From NCBI RefSeq assembly GCF_006345805.1, contig NW_021832432.1:62001-126000 (forward strand): 64,000 nt of DNA, read 5' to 3'. The position numbers were made by a program, and so were the translations under genes. This DNA comes from Octopus sinensis. Its lineage: Eukaryota. Below, piece after piece: positions 1 through 13,431 of the stretch. Position 1 is the first letter of the stretch; the number at the start of each line of letters is the position of its first letter. The notes under the pieces are model-generated. The model was not told the DNA's origin, made no database searches, and saw nothing but the letters and a program-made list of their open reading frames with translations.

Positions 1-469
1 AGAAATAAGGCTGGCTCTTTGAAATATAGGTACAACTCACTTTTGCCAGCTGAGTGGACTGGAGCAATGTGAAATAAAGTGTCTTGCTCAAGGACACAAC
101 ACACTGCCAGGAATTGAACTCATGACTTTATGATCATGAGATGAATGCCCTAACCACTGAGCCATGTGCCTTCAGTCAATCATGTTATTTAGAAGGTAGG
201 TGGTCCTAATTATTATAGTGATGTAGTAGCTATAATGATAAGTGGAGCCACATAGGAGTGGTTATAGTAATGTAAAAGTCTGATTCTTACAAGACTTTAT
301 TCAGAAATAACAATGAAAAAAAATTACAATACTTCAAATAAAGCACAAGGTTTTTCTCACAGCCCACGCACATAGTGGTAACTAGTACATGTTGTTTCTA
401 GTAACAATATAGTAACAATATAGTAACAATATACATGACAACTAGTACTGCTCCTAATAATTGAGGATT

Positions 470-790
470 ATCATCATCATTGTTTAACGTCCGCTTTCCA
501 TGCTAGCATCGGTTGGATGATTTGACTGAGGTCTGGCGAACTAGATGGCTGCACCAGGCTCCATTCTGATCTATCAGAGTTTCTACAGCTGGATGCCCTT
601 CCTAACACCAACCACTCTGAGAGTGTAGTGGGAGCGTTTATGTGCTACTGGCATGAGGGCCAGTCAGGCGGTACTGGCAACGGCCACACTCAAATGGTGT
701 TGTTTGTATGCCAACTGCACAGAGCCAGTCCAGCGGCACTGGCAACAACCTCACTCGAATGTTTTGGCCACAGAGAGCAACAGGAGACTG
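470..790 (-). mobile_element. 5'-truncated RTE 3'-UTR copy; same family at about 1480-1765, 10090-10470, 15870-16030, 29960-30450, 37870-38030 and 45840-46090
   Basis: (cat)n-ttaacgtccgctttccatgc...ggatgcccttcctaacgccaaccac shared with the 38999-40075 element. Confidence 0.85.
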
Positions 791-2139
791 GGGACAGTAC
801 AAGGATGAATGCAAAAATATTGCGGGTTCAAAATGGATAAAAAGGGTAAAAATCACAATAACATATATGAAAATGAAGGAAAATATTAAAGAAAAAATAA
901 TGATATTAATAACAACAGACAAAAACATGAGTGCATGGTTAAGAAATCATTTTTGAAGTCGCACAATTTCAGGTTCAATCTCACAGCATAGCAGCTAGGA
1001 CTTTTACTATACGTAAATCTGATATAAATAAATTAAGCTGAATCTACCATATGCGTATATCAATATGCAGTGCTTGAGAAGACTTGTCCAGCCTAGTGAA
1101 AGTGTAGTCGTGGCCAATGCTGGTGTCACTAAAAAGCACCCATTACTCTTGGAATGGATGGCATTAGGAAGGGCATCCAGCTTACCAGTTTCAGTCAAAC
1201 CGTCTAACCCACGCCAGCATGGAAAGCAGACGCTAAATGATGATGATGATGATGTATATATTGTTTGTACATGTGTGCATATGTGCATGCACACGCATGT
1301 ATTTATGTGTTTGCGTTAATCTCTCTTCCCAGCTTCTCTTAACGTGATATCACTTGACAACCAATGATTGATTGTGTCCTCATAATTTAACATCTTGGAA
1401 AAACAGAGAGCAACAAAATAAACACCAGACATTAATAATAAACACTGTGTAACAAAATTGTGCTATTTTCTATTTGCTTCATCATCATCATTTAACGTCC
1501 GCTTTCCATGCTGGCATGGGTTGGACGGTTTGACTGAGGACTGGCGAGCCAGATGGCTGCAACAGGCTCCAATCTGATCTGGCAGAGTTTCAACAGCTTG
1601 ATGCCCTTCCTAACGCCAACCACTCCGAGAGTGTAGTGGGTGCTTTTACATGCCACCAGCACGAGGACCAGTCAAGCGGTACTGGCGACGGACACGCTCA
1701 AATGGTGTTGTTTATGTGCCACCTGCACAGGAGCCAGTCCAGCGGCACTGGCAACAACCTCGAAGACAACAAATTTCCAGCAATTTGATTTTTAGTAATT
1801 AAAAGAAATCAAAAGCAATGTTCTACACAAAAAAGTACAAAGCACATCTGAGAAGCAATTATACTGTGTACTCAAATCTTCAAGAACTATCTAGAAATCA
1901 AAGGAAATGATTACTCTTCCTTTCAAACTTTGTTTTTGTCACCCAGTCATCAATGCTTTGAAACTGACCGATTTTCCATTACATTTCAGAAAAATTCAGT
2001 ACTGAGTTGCTGAAGCAGAAATATTGTTATAGCTGAATGATAACTAAGTTAATTTACTAAATTCTTTGTTATATTCAAAGTAATTGAAAGAAACAGAACA
2101 TCTCAAAATAAATACAGTAACGAAAGGATTCAACTCAAA

Positions 2140-2280
2140 TCAAAAAATACCTTAGGAATGAGAACCCAGGTTCGAAATTCCTCAAGACACCTGATGAAGG
2201 CTGGAGGGTGTATCAGCCGAAACGTTGTGTTAACAACAAAAAAAAAAGGACAAATGTCCGTCAAATGTAAATAATGTTCA
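2140..2280 (+). mobile_element. Penelope-like-derived short repeat carrying a hammerhead
   Basis: Hammerhead core inside a segment ending aaatgtaaataatgt. PLE origin is inferred from the ribozyme type. Confidence 0.45.
2186..2231 (+). ncRNA. Minimal type I hammerhead ribozyme motif (Penelope-type)
   Basis: GACAC-CUGAUGA-A-GGCUG(loop)CAGCC-GAAAC-GUU|GUGUU. Stem I GACAC/GUGUU, stem II GGCUG/CAGCC, palindromic stem III AACGUU. Confidence 0.72.
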
Positions 2281-2329
2281 TAATTGTTTAACACATTTTT
2301 AAAACATAAAATAGTCAAACCAAAATACT

Positions 2330-2552
2330 TATTTCTTTACTACCCACAAGGGGCTAAACACAGAAAGGACAAACAAACAGATTAAGTCAATTATATCGAC
2401 CCCAGTGCGAAACTGGTACTTATTTAATCGACCCCGAAAGGATGAAAGGCAAAGTCGACCTCGGCGGAATTTGAACTCAGAACGTAACGGCAGACAAAAT
2501 ACGGCTACGCATTTCGCCCGGCGTGCTAACGTTTCTGCCAGCTCGCCGCCTT
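2330..2552 (-). mobile_element. SINE family A with 16-bp TSD
   Basis: Head ggcggcgagctggcagaaacgttagc; TSD gtcaaaccaaaatact at 2314-2329 and 2553-2568. Other copies at 6117-6805 (three heads), 9113-9561, 36470-36580 and 56515-56740. Confidence 0.9.
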
Positions 2553-3035
2553 GTCAAACCAAAATACTATTAACCTTTCTCACAACGATGCAGTTTTTCT
2601 TCTCAAAACTCCCAACTTTAGAATTTCCATTGCTTCGTGGACCATAATATTTCACAAGATTTTACAATTGTTACTATCAACCTTTAATGCCCTCACATTG
2701 CTGTAGCTACAAACCTACAATTCAAATACTTTCTGCCACACCTAATACACAGAAGCACTGCACTAAGAACTTAATATATCTTTTATTAACACCTATTCAT
2801 AAGACATCAACTATAGATCACATTTTCACACCACCCTCCATTATGTGAATTTTTCCTATAGTTAAAAAATAAATAATTTACAATTAAAAAAAAGAAATCA
2901 AACAATGAACGTTAAATTCACTTCATATTCCCTCTCTAAACAGTGACTCACTTCCAATCTCTTCAACAGCAGAAAATGCAGATAAAATTCGAGTGGAAAG
3001 AATATAATAGACTAGTAAGGGAAGTAACTCTTTAA

Positions 3036-3316
3036 ATTCTGTTGTGTCTGGGAAGACTCATTTTCTTTTTGTGTCTTATAATGAAACACACTCACCGGTA
3101 AAATTTCCACTTATTTCTTATTTTTATTTTCCTAAAATTTTCTTTACATCTTGCAACCTTTTCAATAGTCAAGACTATTGAAAAGATTGCAAAGGTTGCA
3201 AGACGCAACGAAAATTTTAGGAAAATAAAAATAAGAAATAAGTGGAAATTTTACTGGTGAGTGTGTTACATTATAAGACACAAAAAGAAAATGACTCTCC
3301 CCAGACACAACAGAAT
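3036..3316. mobile_element. Palindromic (foldback) MITE, about 280 bp
   Basis: Left arm attctgttgtgtctggga...tcaatagtc is the reverse complement of the right arm gactattga...ccagacacaacagaat. Confidence 0.9.
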
Positions 3317-3977
3317 ATGCTTCAACTCATATACAGAAACTTGCAAACCAAATCCAAAAACGAAATAACTCTTTGAAACTAACATAAAACTAGAGTTGGG
3401 TGGAGTAGTTTTATCCGACACAATGGTGCAATATTTTAATCTGAAACAGGGCAACACATTTCACATAGAAAGTTGAAAATGAAAGTTTTAAACTGTTTCA
3501 TAGAAAACTATTTCGCCTTTGTTTCATTCGTAATTGTATATATCAAAATTATGAATGACGTTTTTTCAATCATTAGAATGAACTTTCTCAAGTCTTAAAT
3601 TACAATTTTTTAAATCCCAGTGTACCAATATGGCACAGCATACCGTTTAAGAACCATAATAAAGGTATGATAAAGGTAAAAAAAAAAAAGAAATCATAGC
3701 TTTTAAATAAACTTTTTTTGCTACCACCTTGCTGACTGGGCAAATAACAGACAAGATGTAATTTAATACTTTGGTATTCTGATTACTTTGACAAATGTAA
3801 TCCTTATTTATTCACATTGTTTAGAATTAATCAGGCATTATCTTGTAGCTTTGATATTTCATTGATCTGATTGCATATTTTGACAATGACATTGTAAGGC
3901 AGGTGTGAGAGGCTGGATCTGACTGGTTTAAACATGAAACAGCGAATATTTTGGATGGATATGGCTGGTTTAAATAT

Positions 3978-4312
3978 GAAGGCGCATGGCTCAGTGGTTA
4001 GAGCATCAAGCTTACGATCATGAGGTTGTGAGCTTGAATCCCGGACCGGGCTGCGTGTTGTGTTCTTGAGCAAGACACTTTATTTCATGTTGCTCCAGTT
4101 CACTCATCTGTAGAAAGGAGTTGCGACGTTACAGGTGCCAAGCTGTATTGGCCTTTGCCTTTCCCTTGGATAACACTGGTGGCGTGGAGAGGAGAGGCCG
4201 GTATGCATGGGCGACCGCTGGGCTTCCTTAAACAACCTTGCCCGGACTTGTGCCTGGGAGGGTAACTTTCTAGGTGCAATCCCATGGTCTGTGTCGTAAC
4301 CGAAGGGAGTCT
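3978..4312 (+). mobile_element. tRNA-headed SINE family D; also 35745-36065(+), with related heads at 1-172(-), 32030-32153(-), 42210-42450(+) and 48310-48520(-)
   Basis: ggcgcatggctcagtggttagagc A box, B-box-like gaatcccgg, shared body ttgagcaagacactttatttca. Confidence 0.85.
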
Positions 4313-5076
4313 CAGAAATGCTAAAGGGTTAAGCATGAAAGTTTTAAGAAAGTATTCTATTACTATGTTTTAATAAGTAGTAATTGTACATTCCACAATT
4401 AGTGTTTCCCTAAAGAATAGCTAATTGTATTACCTGGTCAAGGTGCAGTTGTATGTTCTGAATCAATGCGCCAGGTGAGGTGGCATTTGGTTACATCTGT
4501 ATATCTAAAACAAATTTACTGTTCCGGATTCCAAGTTCAGTTATCAACCCCACACAAAAACAATGATGTCAATATAATTAAGAGAAATCAGTATAACCAT
4601 GGTTCAATTACAGTAACTGGTGGGGGAAAAAATACTTTATATACAGGTGCAAACATGGCTAGGTGGCTAAAAAGCTTGCTTTGCAACCAAGTGGTTTCAG
4701 GTTCAGTCCACTGCATGGAACCTAGGGCAAGTGTCTTCTATTATAACCCCAGGCCAACCAATGCCTTGCGAGTGCATTTGAAACTGTGTGCAAGCCTACT
4801 GTATATATGTATGTTTATGTTACCACCACCACCATCGCTTGACAATTGCTATTGGTTTGTTTACACCTGCCTAAACTTAGCAGTTTGGCAAAAAGGGACC
4901 AACAGAAATAAATACTGGGGTTGATTTGTTCAACTAAACCCTTCAAGGCAGGGCTCAAATACAAGCCACAATCCAATGACTGAAACAAGTAAAAGAATAA
5001 AATAATAGCACGTGTGCATGTGTGAATAGAGAGAAAAAGAAAATGGGAGAAGAAATTGATATTAAGGTAATGTTAC

Positions 5077-5248
5077 CTAGGTTTTTATCAAGATATGTTT
5101 GCCCTCCTTTCAACAAGTAACTGGTCATCATCGTTTGGTGAGTTGGAATGGATAACTGCCTGGGAGGAGGTGAGTTCTGTGTCAGCTTCCATGGACCAGG
5201 CAACTTCCTAGCGCTTGAGATCTTCTTCGGCATATTTCGCATAGAAGC
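5077..5248 (-). CDS. AUNIP: AUNIP-like second coding exon ASMRNMPKKISSARKLPGPWKLTQNSPPPRQLSIPTHQTMMTSYLLKGGQTYLDKNL
   Basis: tttcag acceptor, G|gtaaca donor, 172 nt, phase 0->1. LPGxxK...RxxSxxxHQxxxxS(Y/F) aligns without gaps to remembered human LPGERK...RAPSTGIHQRSIASFF. Confidence 0.62.
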
Positions 5249-7632
5249 CTGAAACAAGGAACACAGTAAAAGTTTAGTCAGCAAAATTCAGTATTTATAT
5301 CTTTTACTTTTATTTTTGTACTTGTTTTAGTCATTAGACTACAGCCATGCTGGGGCAGTGCCATGAGGAAATTTTTTTAGTCAAATAAATCAACCCCTGT
5401 CCTTTCGGTTTTTTTTTCTTTAAGTCTGGTACTTATTCTATCAATCTCTTTGCTGAGCTGTTATGTTACAAGGATGTAAACACACCAACACCAGTTGTCA
5501 AGCAGTGGTGGGAGACAAACACAGACACATACACACACTGTTCCGGATTCCAAGTTCAGTTATCAACCTCACACAAAAACAATGATGTCAATATAATTAA
5601 GAGAAATCAGTATAACCATGGTTCAATCACAGTAACTGGTGGGGAAAAAATACTTTATATACAGGTGCAAACATGGCTAGGTGGCTAAAAAGCTTGCTTT
5701 GCAACCATGTGTGAAATTTTAATTAACAATAAGAAAAATCTAATATCATGACAAATTGTTTCGTGACTTAAAAACATGTAGATAATTTATTATTAAATGT
5801 AATAATATAAATTATTTACATGCTTTAAGTTACAAAACAATTTGTCGTGATATTAGAATTTTCTTGTTGTTAAATAAAATTTTAACAGAAAAATCTTATG
5901 TGGACCTCCATGCCACCCAAGACTATGTGGACCTCAGTTGAAAACCACTGCTTTAGGGGTTGATAAATAAAGTACCAGTCTTGTACAGGGGTTGATTCTT
6001 TCTGCCCATTTGTCTCACTTTCTGGAAGCGATCAACTCTAAGTGAGGGAAAGGCCTGCTAGGCCAGAAAACGTTCAACTCATACCATATGTTATGACAAT
6101 ATTTCAATGGGCCAAGTTGGTGAGCTGGCAGAATCGTTAGCATGCTGGGCAAACTGTCTAGCAGCATTTTGCCCACCGTATATTCTGAGTTCAAATTCCA
6201 CTGAGGTCGACATTATTTTTCAGCCTTTCAGGATCAATAAAGTAAGTATCAGTTAAATACTGAGATCAATGTAATCAACTTATCCCCTGCTCTGATTTTG
6301 CTGGCCTTGTGCCAAAATTTGAAACCAATATTCAAATGGGCCAAACAAAATGCTTGGTGGCATTTTGTCAATCTTTATATTCTGAGTTCAAGTTCTGCCG
6401 AGGATAACTTTGCTTTTCATTCTTTTGGAGTTGAAAAAATAAGTACCAGTTGAGCATTGAGGGTCAATGTAATTGACTTACCTCCTCACATGAAATTGCT
6501 CACCTTGTACCAAAATTAGAAACTGATATTTCAAAGGCCCAGTTAACAATTAGATGGCCTGTAAAGGTGCACACATAAGGCGGCGGCTGGCAGAAACGTT
6601 AGCACGCCGGGCAAAACACTTCACAGTATTTCGTCTGCTGCTACTTTCTGAGTTCACATTCCGCCAAGGTCGACTTTGCCTTTCATCCTTTTGGGGTCGA
6701 TAAATTAAGTACCAGTTACACACCGGGGTCGATGTAATCGACTTAATCCGTTTGTCCTTGTTTGTCCCCTCTGTGTTTAGCCCCTTGTGGGCAATAAAGA
6801 AATATATACAAATACACATGTGTGTGTGTGTATGAATGTAATGTGTGTGTGCATGTGTGTCTCTCTCTCTGTTGCAAATGAGGAGTGGCTGTGTTGTAAG
6901 TAGGTTGTTTACCAACCACATGATTCCGGATTCAGTCCCACTGTGTGGCACCTTGGGCAAGTGTCTTCTACTATAGCCTCAGGCCGACCAAAGCCTTGTG
7001 AGTAGACAGAAACTGAAAGAAGCCCATTGCGTGTGTGTGTGTGTGTACATGTTTGTCCCCCACCATCGCTTGACAACTAATGTTGCTGTGTTTACACCCC
7101 TGTAACTTAGCAGTTCGACAAAAAGAATCCGATAGAATAAGCACTAGGCTTACAAAGTATATGTCCTGGATTCGATTTGTTCGACTAAAGGCAGTGCTCC
7201 AGCATGGCCACAGTCAAATGACTAAAACAGATAAAAAAACAAAAACTATATACAGGAGATTTGTTCATTTTCTTGAACTGCTGGTGATTCTACTCAAGTT
7301 ACTCACAAAAAGGAAGCTAGCTCAGGAGATTTTCATTCAAACGCATTATATATCGACAATGTTCAAGTGCAATCCTTCCTTCTTTTTTCTTATAGGCATA
7401 TTTTTGATATTTCCTTATTAGTCCTTTATATTTAGTTTGAAACAAGATATCTCAAAATATTGCTGGACTAATAAATAAGGAACACTACATATCCTTGTCA
7501 TTCAAGCATACTTAGAAAGTAATGTGTTCTCATTTTATTATATTTGATATTCCCTAAAAGTAAATTACTCATTCTCTCTCTCTCACACACACATACATAC
7601 ATATATATATATAATGCATGCATGCATATATA

Positions 7633-8015
7633 GGCGTAGGAGTGGCTGTGTGGTAAGTAGCTTGCTTACCGACCACATGGTTCAGGATTCATTCCCACTA
7701 CGTGGCACCTTGGGCTGACCAAAGCCTTGTGAGTGGATTTGGTAGACGGAAACTGAAAGAAGCCCATCGTATATATGTATATATATATATGTGTATGCGT
7801 TTGTGTGTCTGTGTTTGTCCTCCCAACATCGCTTGACAACCAATGCTGGTGTGTTTACATCCCCGTCACTTAGCAGTTCGGCAAAAGAGACCGATAGAAT
7901 AAGTACTAGCCTTACAAAGAATAAGTCCTGGGGTTGATTTGCTCGACTAAAGGTGGTGCTCCAGCATGGCAACAGTCAAATGACTGAAACAAGTAGAAGG
8001 GTAAAGAGTAAAAGA
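7633..8015 (+). mobile_element. SINE family B (ggcgtaggagtggctgtgtggtaag head, central microsatellite)
   Basis: Further copies at about 4645-4990(+), 5310-5540(-), 6880-7230(+), 9665-10068(-), 15125-15350(-), 32690-33080(-), 40080-40435(+), 43805-44120(-), 47240-47610(+), 47905-48303(-), 51777-52230(+) and 57653-58040(+). Confidence 0.9.
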
Positions 8016-8054
8016 GTATATATATATATATATATAGCTACTATATACACATAG

Positions 8055-8098
<44 letters not shown>

Positions 8099-8536
8099 TT
8101 ATACACACATATATATGCATACATATACACATAACTACATATACGCATAACTACATACATGCATAAGTACATATACATACATGTGTATATTACATATACA
8201 CATATATATATATCATCATGTACTTTTTGAACAAATGATATGATCAAGCTTTTGTTCTGAAAGTGAAATAAATTATATCATGGAAGTTATAATAGCCATT
8301 TAAAATAACATATAATGTGGAATTCACTTTCATTTTGCTTTTTATTACATTAAATTCCATAGAGTATTTATTCTTTTCTTTCCTTCTCTCTTATGTGTCA
8401 TGTCAGTCGCATACTGTGAGAATAAATATTATAAGCAAAAATATGGACTCAGTAACACTGCTAGAGGTTTATATTAAAAGACAGTTTTATATTGCATATA
8501 TATGTATTTGTGTATATATATATATATATATAACAA

Positions 8537-8792
8537 TTGCAGTGTGGAAGGTGTTTGTAAGCCATTTAAGAAACACACAAAAGCCGTTCGATTCACTTCA
8601 ACGTTTAAATTTAATTTGTCAAAATATTTTCGTCGCTATAAGGCCGCAACCTGTTGCGGATTTTTTGTCAGTGAACAGGTTGCGGTCTTATAGCGATGAA
8701 AATATTTTGACAAATTAAGATTAAATGTTGAAGTGAATTGAATGGCTTTTGTGTGTTTCTTAAATGGCTTACAAACACCTTCCACACTGCAA
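8537..8792. mobile_element. Palindromic (foldback) MITE, about 256 bp
   Basis: ttgcagtgtggaaggtgtttgtaagcc...ccgcaacctgt pairs with acaggttgcgg...ggcttacaaacaccttccacactgcaa. Confidence 0.9.
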
Positions 8793-10959
8793 CTGTTTTC
8801 GTTCCAGCACACGATCTCAGATCAAATCACTTGCTATGCAAGTACATCTCCTATATATATATATATATAAAGTTAATCCAAACATGAAAACACAAAGAGA
8901 AAACACAACAACGCGAGGACGTGGAACAAATATAGTAATAGAAAATTATACAAACAGCAGTGTGCAATGTTTTACCAAAAAGGAAAACTATAACTGCCAC
9001 CAAATATGAGTAGTGTGTTAGAAACACCAACATTGCTAGAAATAAGAGCAAAAATGCGCCAGTGCATAATCATATACCTATATACTGACAGGGACTATAA
9101 TTACCCAAAAATGTGGTGGTGAGCTGGCAGAATCATTAGCACACCGGGTGAAATGCTTAGCAGTATTTCATCTGCCGTTACGTTCAGAGTTCAAATTCTG
9201 CCAAGGTCGACTTTGCCTTTCATCCTTTCGGGGTCGATTAAATAAGTACCAGTTACACACTGGGATCGATGTAATCAACTTAATCCCTTTGTCTGTCCTG
9301 GTTTGTTCCCTCTATGTTTAGCTCCTTATGGGCAATAAAGAAATAAGAAACGTTAGCACACCGGGTGAAATGCTTAGCAGTATTTCGTCTGCCATTACGT
9401 TCTGAGTTCAAATTCTGCCAAGGTCGACTTTGGCTTTCGTCCTTTCGGGGTTGATTAAATAAGTACCAGTTACACACTGGGATCGATGTAATCAACTTAA
9501 TCCCTTTGTCTGTCCTGGTTTGTTCCCTCTATGTTTAGCTCCCTGTGGGCAATAAAGAAATATATAATCACCCAAAAATCCCGATCGAGAATTCCCTATA
9601 CTGACCAGTCAGTTTTGTCAATTTCTGCTGCGTCATCTGTAAGGTCTGCTATACATACATATATATATATTCTTGTATTTGTTTCAGTCATTTGTCTGTG
9701 GCCATGCTGGAGAACTGCCATTTTTAGCAGAACAAATCAACCCCAGGACTTATTCCGTGTAAGCCTAGTTCTTATTACATCGGTCTCTTTTGCCGAACTG
9801 CCAAGTTATGGGGATGTAAACACACCAGCATTGGTCGTCAAGCAATGTGGTGGGGACAAACACAAACATACATATATATATAGATATATATATATATATA
9901 TATATATAGACGAGCTTCTGTCAGTTTCTGTCTACCAAATTCACTCACATGGCTTTGGTTGGCCTGAGGGTATAGTAGAAGACACTTGCCCATGGTTCCA
10001 CACAGTGGGACTGAACCCAGAACTATGTGGTTAGTAAGCAAGCTACTTATCACACAGCCACTCCTACGCATATATATATAAATATATATATAAAATCATC
10101 ATCTTTATTATTTAACATACATCTTCTATGCTGTCATGTATTGGACAGTTTGACAGGAGCTGGCAAGGCAGAGGGCTGCACGAAGCTTTACTGTTTGTTT
10201 TGACATGTTTTTTATTATGGCTGGATGCCCTTCCTAATGCCAACCACCTTCAGTGGACTGGATGCTTTTTATGTGGCACTAGCACTGGCGAGGTCTGATT
10301 TGGCCTTGTTTTTTTATGGCTGGATACCCTTCCTAATGGCCTGATTGCTTTTTACATGGAACCAGCCCCACCATGGTCTGTTTTGGCATGGTTTTTACAG
10401 TTTGATGCCCTTCCAAATGCCAACCACTTTATAGTGTGCACTGGATGCTTTTTATGTGGCACCTGCACCAGCAGGCTCAACAAGCAGCTCACAAGAGGGT
10501 AGGGGCATCGGAGGAGGTAGCCCTGTGCCAGGTGATGAGAGATTTGAGAATGACCAAGGGACCGAAAAAGGTATTTCGTTGAAGGGATGCATGGTTGCCC
10601 CAGTCAGAGAGTGAAAGAGAGAGATCAAGAATGAGAGAGAGAGAGAGAGAGAGCAAGAGAGAGACAGTATGATGTGCCAGGGCATACTCTCAAGGTACGG
10701 GGATGAGAATATAAATGGGAAGGTAGAGCATTGCCAACGGTGCATAAATAGAAAGTAGGGAGTTCATATGAATGCAACGGGGCATGGAATGCAGTGGCTG
10801 GTGAAACTTTGGGTAATTGTTCAGCTCAGTGATATTAAAAAAAAAGTAAATAAAAATTAAGAGGGAGATAAGTAGTAAAAGAAGCAAAGGGACATAACTC
10901 AGTCAAAGATGTTTGGTCATTCTTTACTTTGCAATCAGTCTCAAGAAAGTTTTTTTGGT

Positions 10960-11310
10960 TAAAATACCTGACTGCACAGGAGAAACTTTAAATGAGCAGA
11001 TACAAAGGTGGATTTTTGCCTGGGTCTCACATAGTCAGTGATGAATGGCAAGCATATTATAATATTATCCTCAATGGTGATGCCTACACACAGGTAATTA
11101 TACACCAACATTTTGTTGATCATGATCAAGACATCCACACACAAAATGTGGAAAACATGTGGATACAGGTGAAATGGAAGTTGAGACAACAGTTTGGGAC
11201 ACATCAGACGAATTGTTTATTTCATAGTTTCTCTGGCATAATTCCACTGAGAAAATTAAGACAGTTGGCTCACTTTCTGGCAACGATCGCCAGTCTTTAT
11301 GCTGTATAAA
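10960..11310 (+). mobile_element. Merlin (IS1595/ISXO2-like) transposase fragment
   Basis: LPGSHIVSDEWQAY...HQHFVD...HTQNVENMWIQVK matches the ISXO2-type DDE core. Confidence 0.85.
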
Positions 11311-11569
11311 AAGTAAAGTGCTTCTTTTACTTCTTACCTCCCACTTGATATTTATTTACTTTCTTTAGATCACTAAACTGAACAATTACCGAAACCTCAG
11401 TATATAGAGGGATGGTGGGACAATGTGATAGCAATGAAATAGAGGGCAGAGCAGTGACAACAGGATTGGGCTGCAGGAGTTGGGTCGGAAAGATAAGCAT
11501 AATGCATGAAACAGAGGAAGTAAGAGGTAGGGTGTGTGAAAAATTTGGTTAAATGCAGGTGGAGCATGC

Positions 11570-12825
11570 AGCACATCCAGAACTCAGTTTCACTGAAGTG
11601 GGTGGGTCTTCTCAAGAACCTCATATCACCAGATATCTTGGGCCATTGTCATCTCATACGTGAGGCCCCACTTCCTGAGATTGGTCCTCAATACTTCATT
11701 CCATGTCTTCCCGGGCCTCCCTCTTCCACAGTTACCATCCACATTAAACAATAGATACGTCTTTATACAGCTGTCTCCAGTCATAAGCATCACATGTCCA
11801 AACCTACGTAGTCGTTCTCTTGTATGCTGCATCTGATTCCTCTTAAGCTCAACTTTTCTCAGCAAATTTGCGCTTTGTTATACATGCAAACTGATGCTGC
11901 ATATCCATCAGAGCAAACTAGCTTCATTCCTCTCTAGTCAACGCATGTTTCCTGCATTCAGAGCCCATACCTCACTCCCATGGAGTATAGCCATTCGTAC
12001 ACAAGCATCATACAAACTACCTTTAACATGAATAATTAGTCCTTATTGTTCCAGTGCATCTGCCACATATGAAACTGACTTCCTCAGTTAATCTACCTTT
12101 GATTCCACTGCATCACATGTGTCCATAGCTTGCTCCGGGAACAACAAACGGAATTATTTCCAACTCTTTTCCTACATATTGAGCAGGGCCATTTATCTGA
12201 CAGAAAAAGAGTCTTACCCACTTTCTTGCTAACATCAACTTTGGTCTTAACTCGATAAACTTTAAGGCCCTTTGATTCCAGGTTTTGCTTCCATGCCTGG
12301 AATTTCTTCTCCAACTTAGCTACTGATTCTGCAATAAGAGCAAGATCATCAGCGTATAGTAGTTCACAGAGGCAGTCAGTTCTAAATTCCTCAGTTATGG
12401 TCTGAATGACTATGACGAATAAGAGTGGACTGCGAACTGAACCCAGGTGAACCCCTACTGATACACTAAATTCATCACTGTATTCATGACTGACTCTCAG
12501 CTTACGGACAGGACTACTGTACATGGCTTATACAGCTCCATCAAGCCTCTCATCTACTCCAGGTTTCCTTAGAGACCACCAGATAACAGAGCAAGGGACT
12601 CTCTATCAAAAGCTTTCTCAAGGGCAGCGAAAGCCGAATACAGTATTTTATTTCTGGCCCAACATTTCTCCTGCAGCTGTCTCACTAGGTGGATGCTCTC
12701 AGTGGTACTCCATCCAAACACTAAACCAAACAGCATCTTATCTACTTTAATTCTATTCCCAATCAACTCTGGAACTTTCACGACCTGGTCCAGTAGTTTT
12801 GTAAGTTCAACCTGGTCCATGCATG
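11570..12825 (-). mobile_element. RTE-clade LINE reverse transcriptase fragment (disrupted)
   Basis: ORFs 12569-12868 (STTESIHLVRQLQEK...AFAALEKAFDR), 12093-12524 (GVHLGSVRSPLLF...LLYADDLALIAES) and 11626-11865 (RLRRFGHV...GRGRPGKTW). Confidence 0.92.
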
Positions 12826-13199
12826 CATGTGTTTGTAACATAAATAGGCATTTTAAACTTAGTATCATTCCTATTTCTTTCCATTTACTTTTCTTAAAAA
12901 AATAGATCTCCCTTTATTTCTTTGTGCTTGGCACATTTAATTTCATTGAATTCAATTTTCAATTGTCACTGTCTCATTTCATTATTCTAGGCATTTCCCT
13001 CTAAGTATTACTTGTCTAATTTCATATATCTATTTGTGTCTGTTTCACATTAAAATCTCCCTTGCTGTAGTTGTTTTATCGACTATGTATAAATACATAT
13101 ATAGACATATCATCATCATCATCATCATCGTTTAGCGTCCGTTGTAAACAAAAAAAAAATCAACAAGAGATTTTATGCATACATATATGCTAGCATGGA

Positions 13200-13400
13200 A
13201 GGCGGACGTTAAAAGATGATATATATATATAGATACATATATATATATACATATATATATACACACACATATATATATATATATACATATACATATACAC
13301 ACACACATGTATATATACATATACATATACACACACACACATATATATATACATATACATATATAAATATACACACACACACACATGTATATATATATAT

Positions 13401-13431
<31 letters not shown>

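Noticed and set aside
3978-4060. tRNA genes at SINE heads (also 19770, 20085, 35745, 54298)
   Set aside because: A/B boxes are present, but the cloverleafs are imperfect and run into shared SINE bodies.
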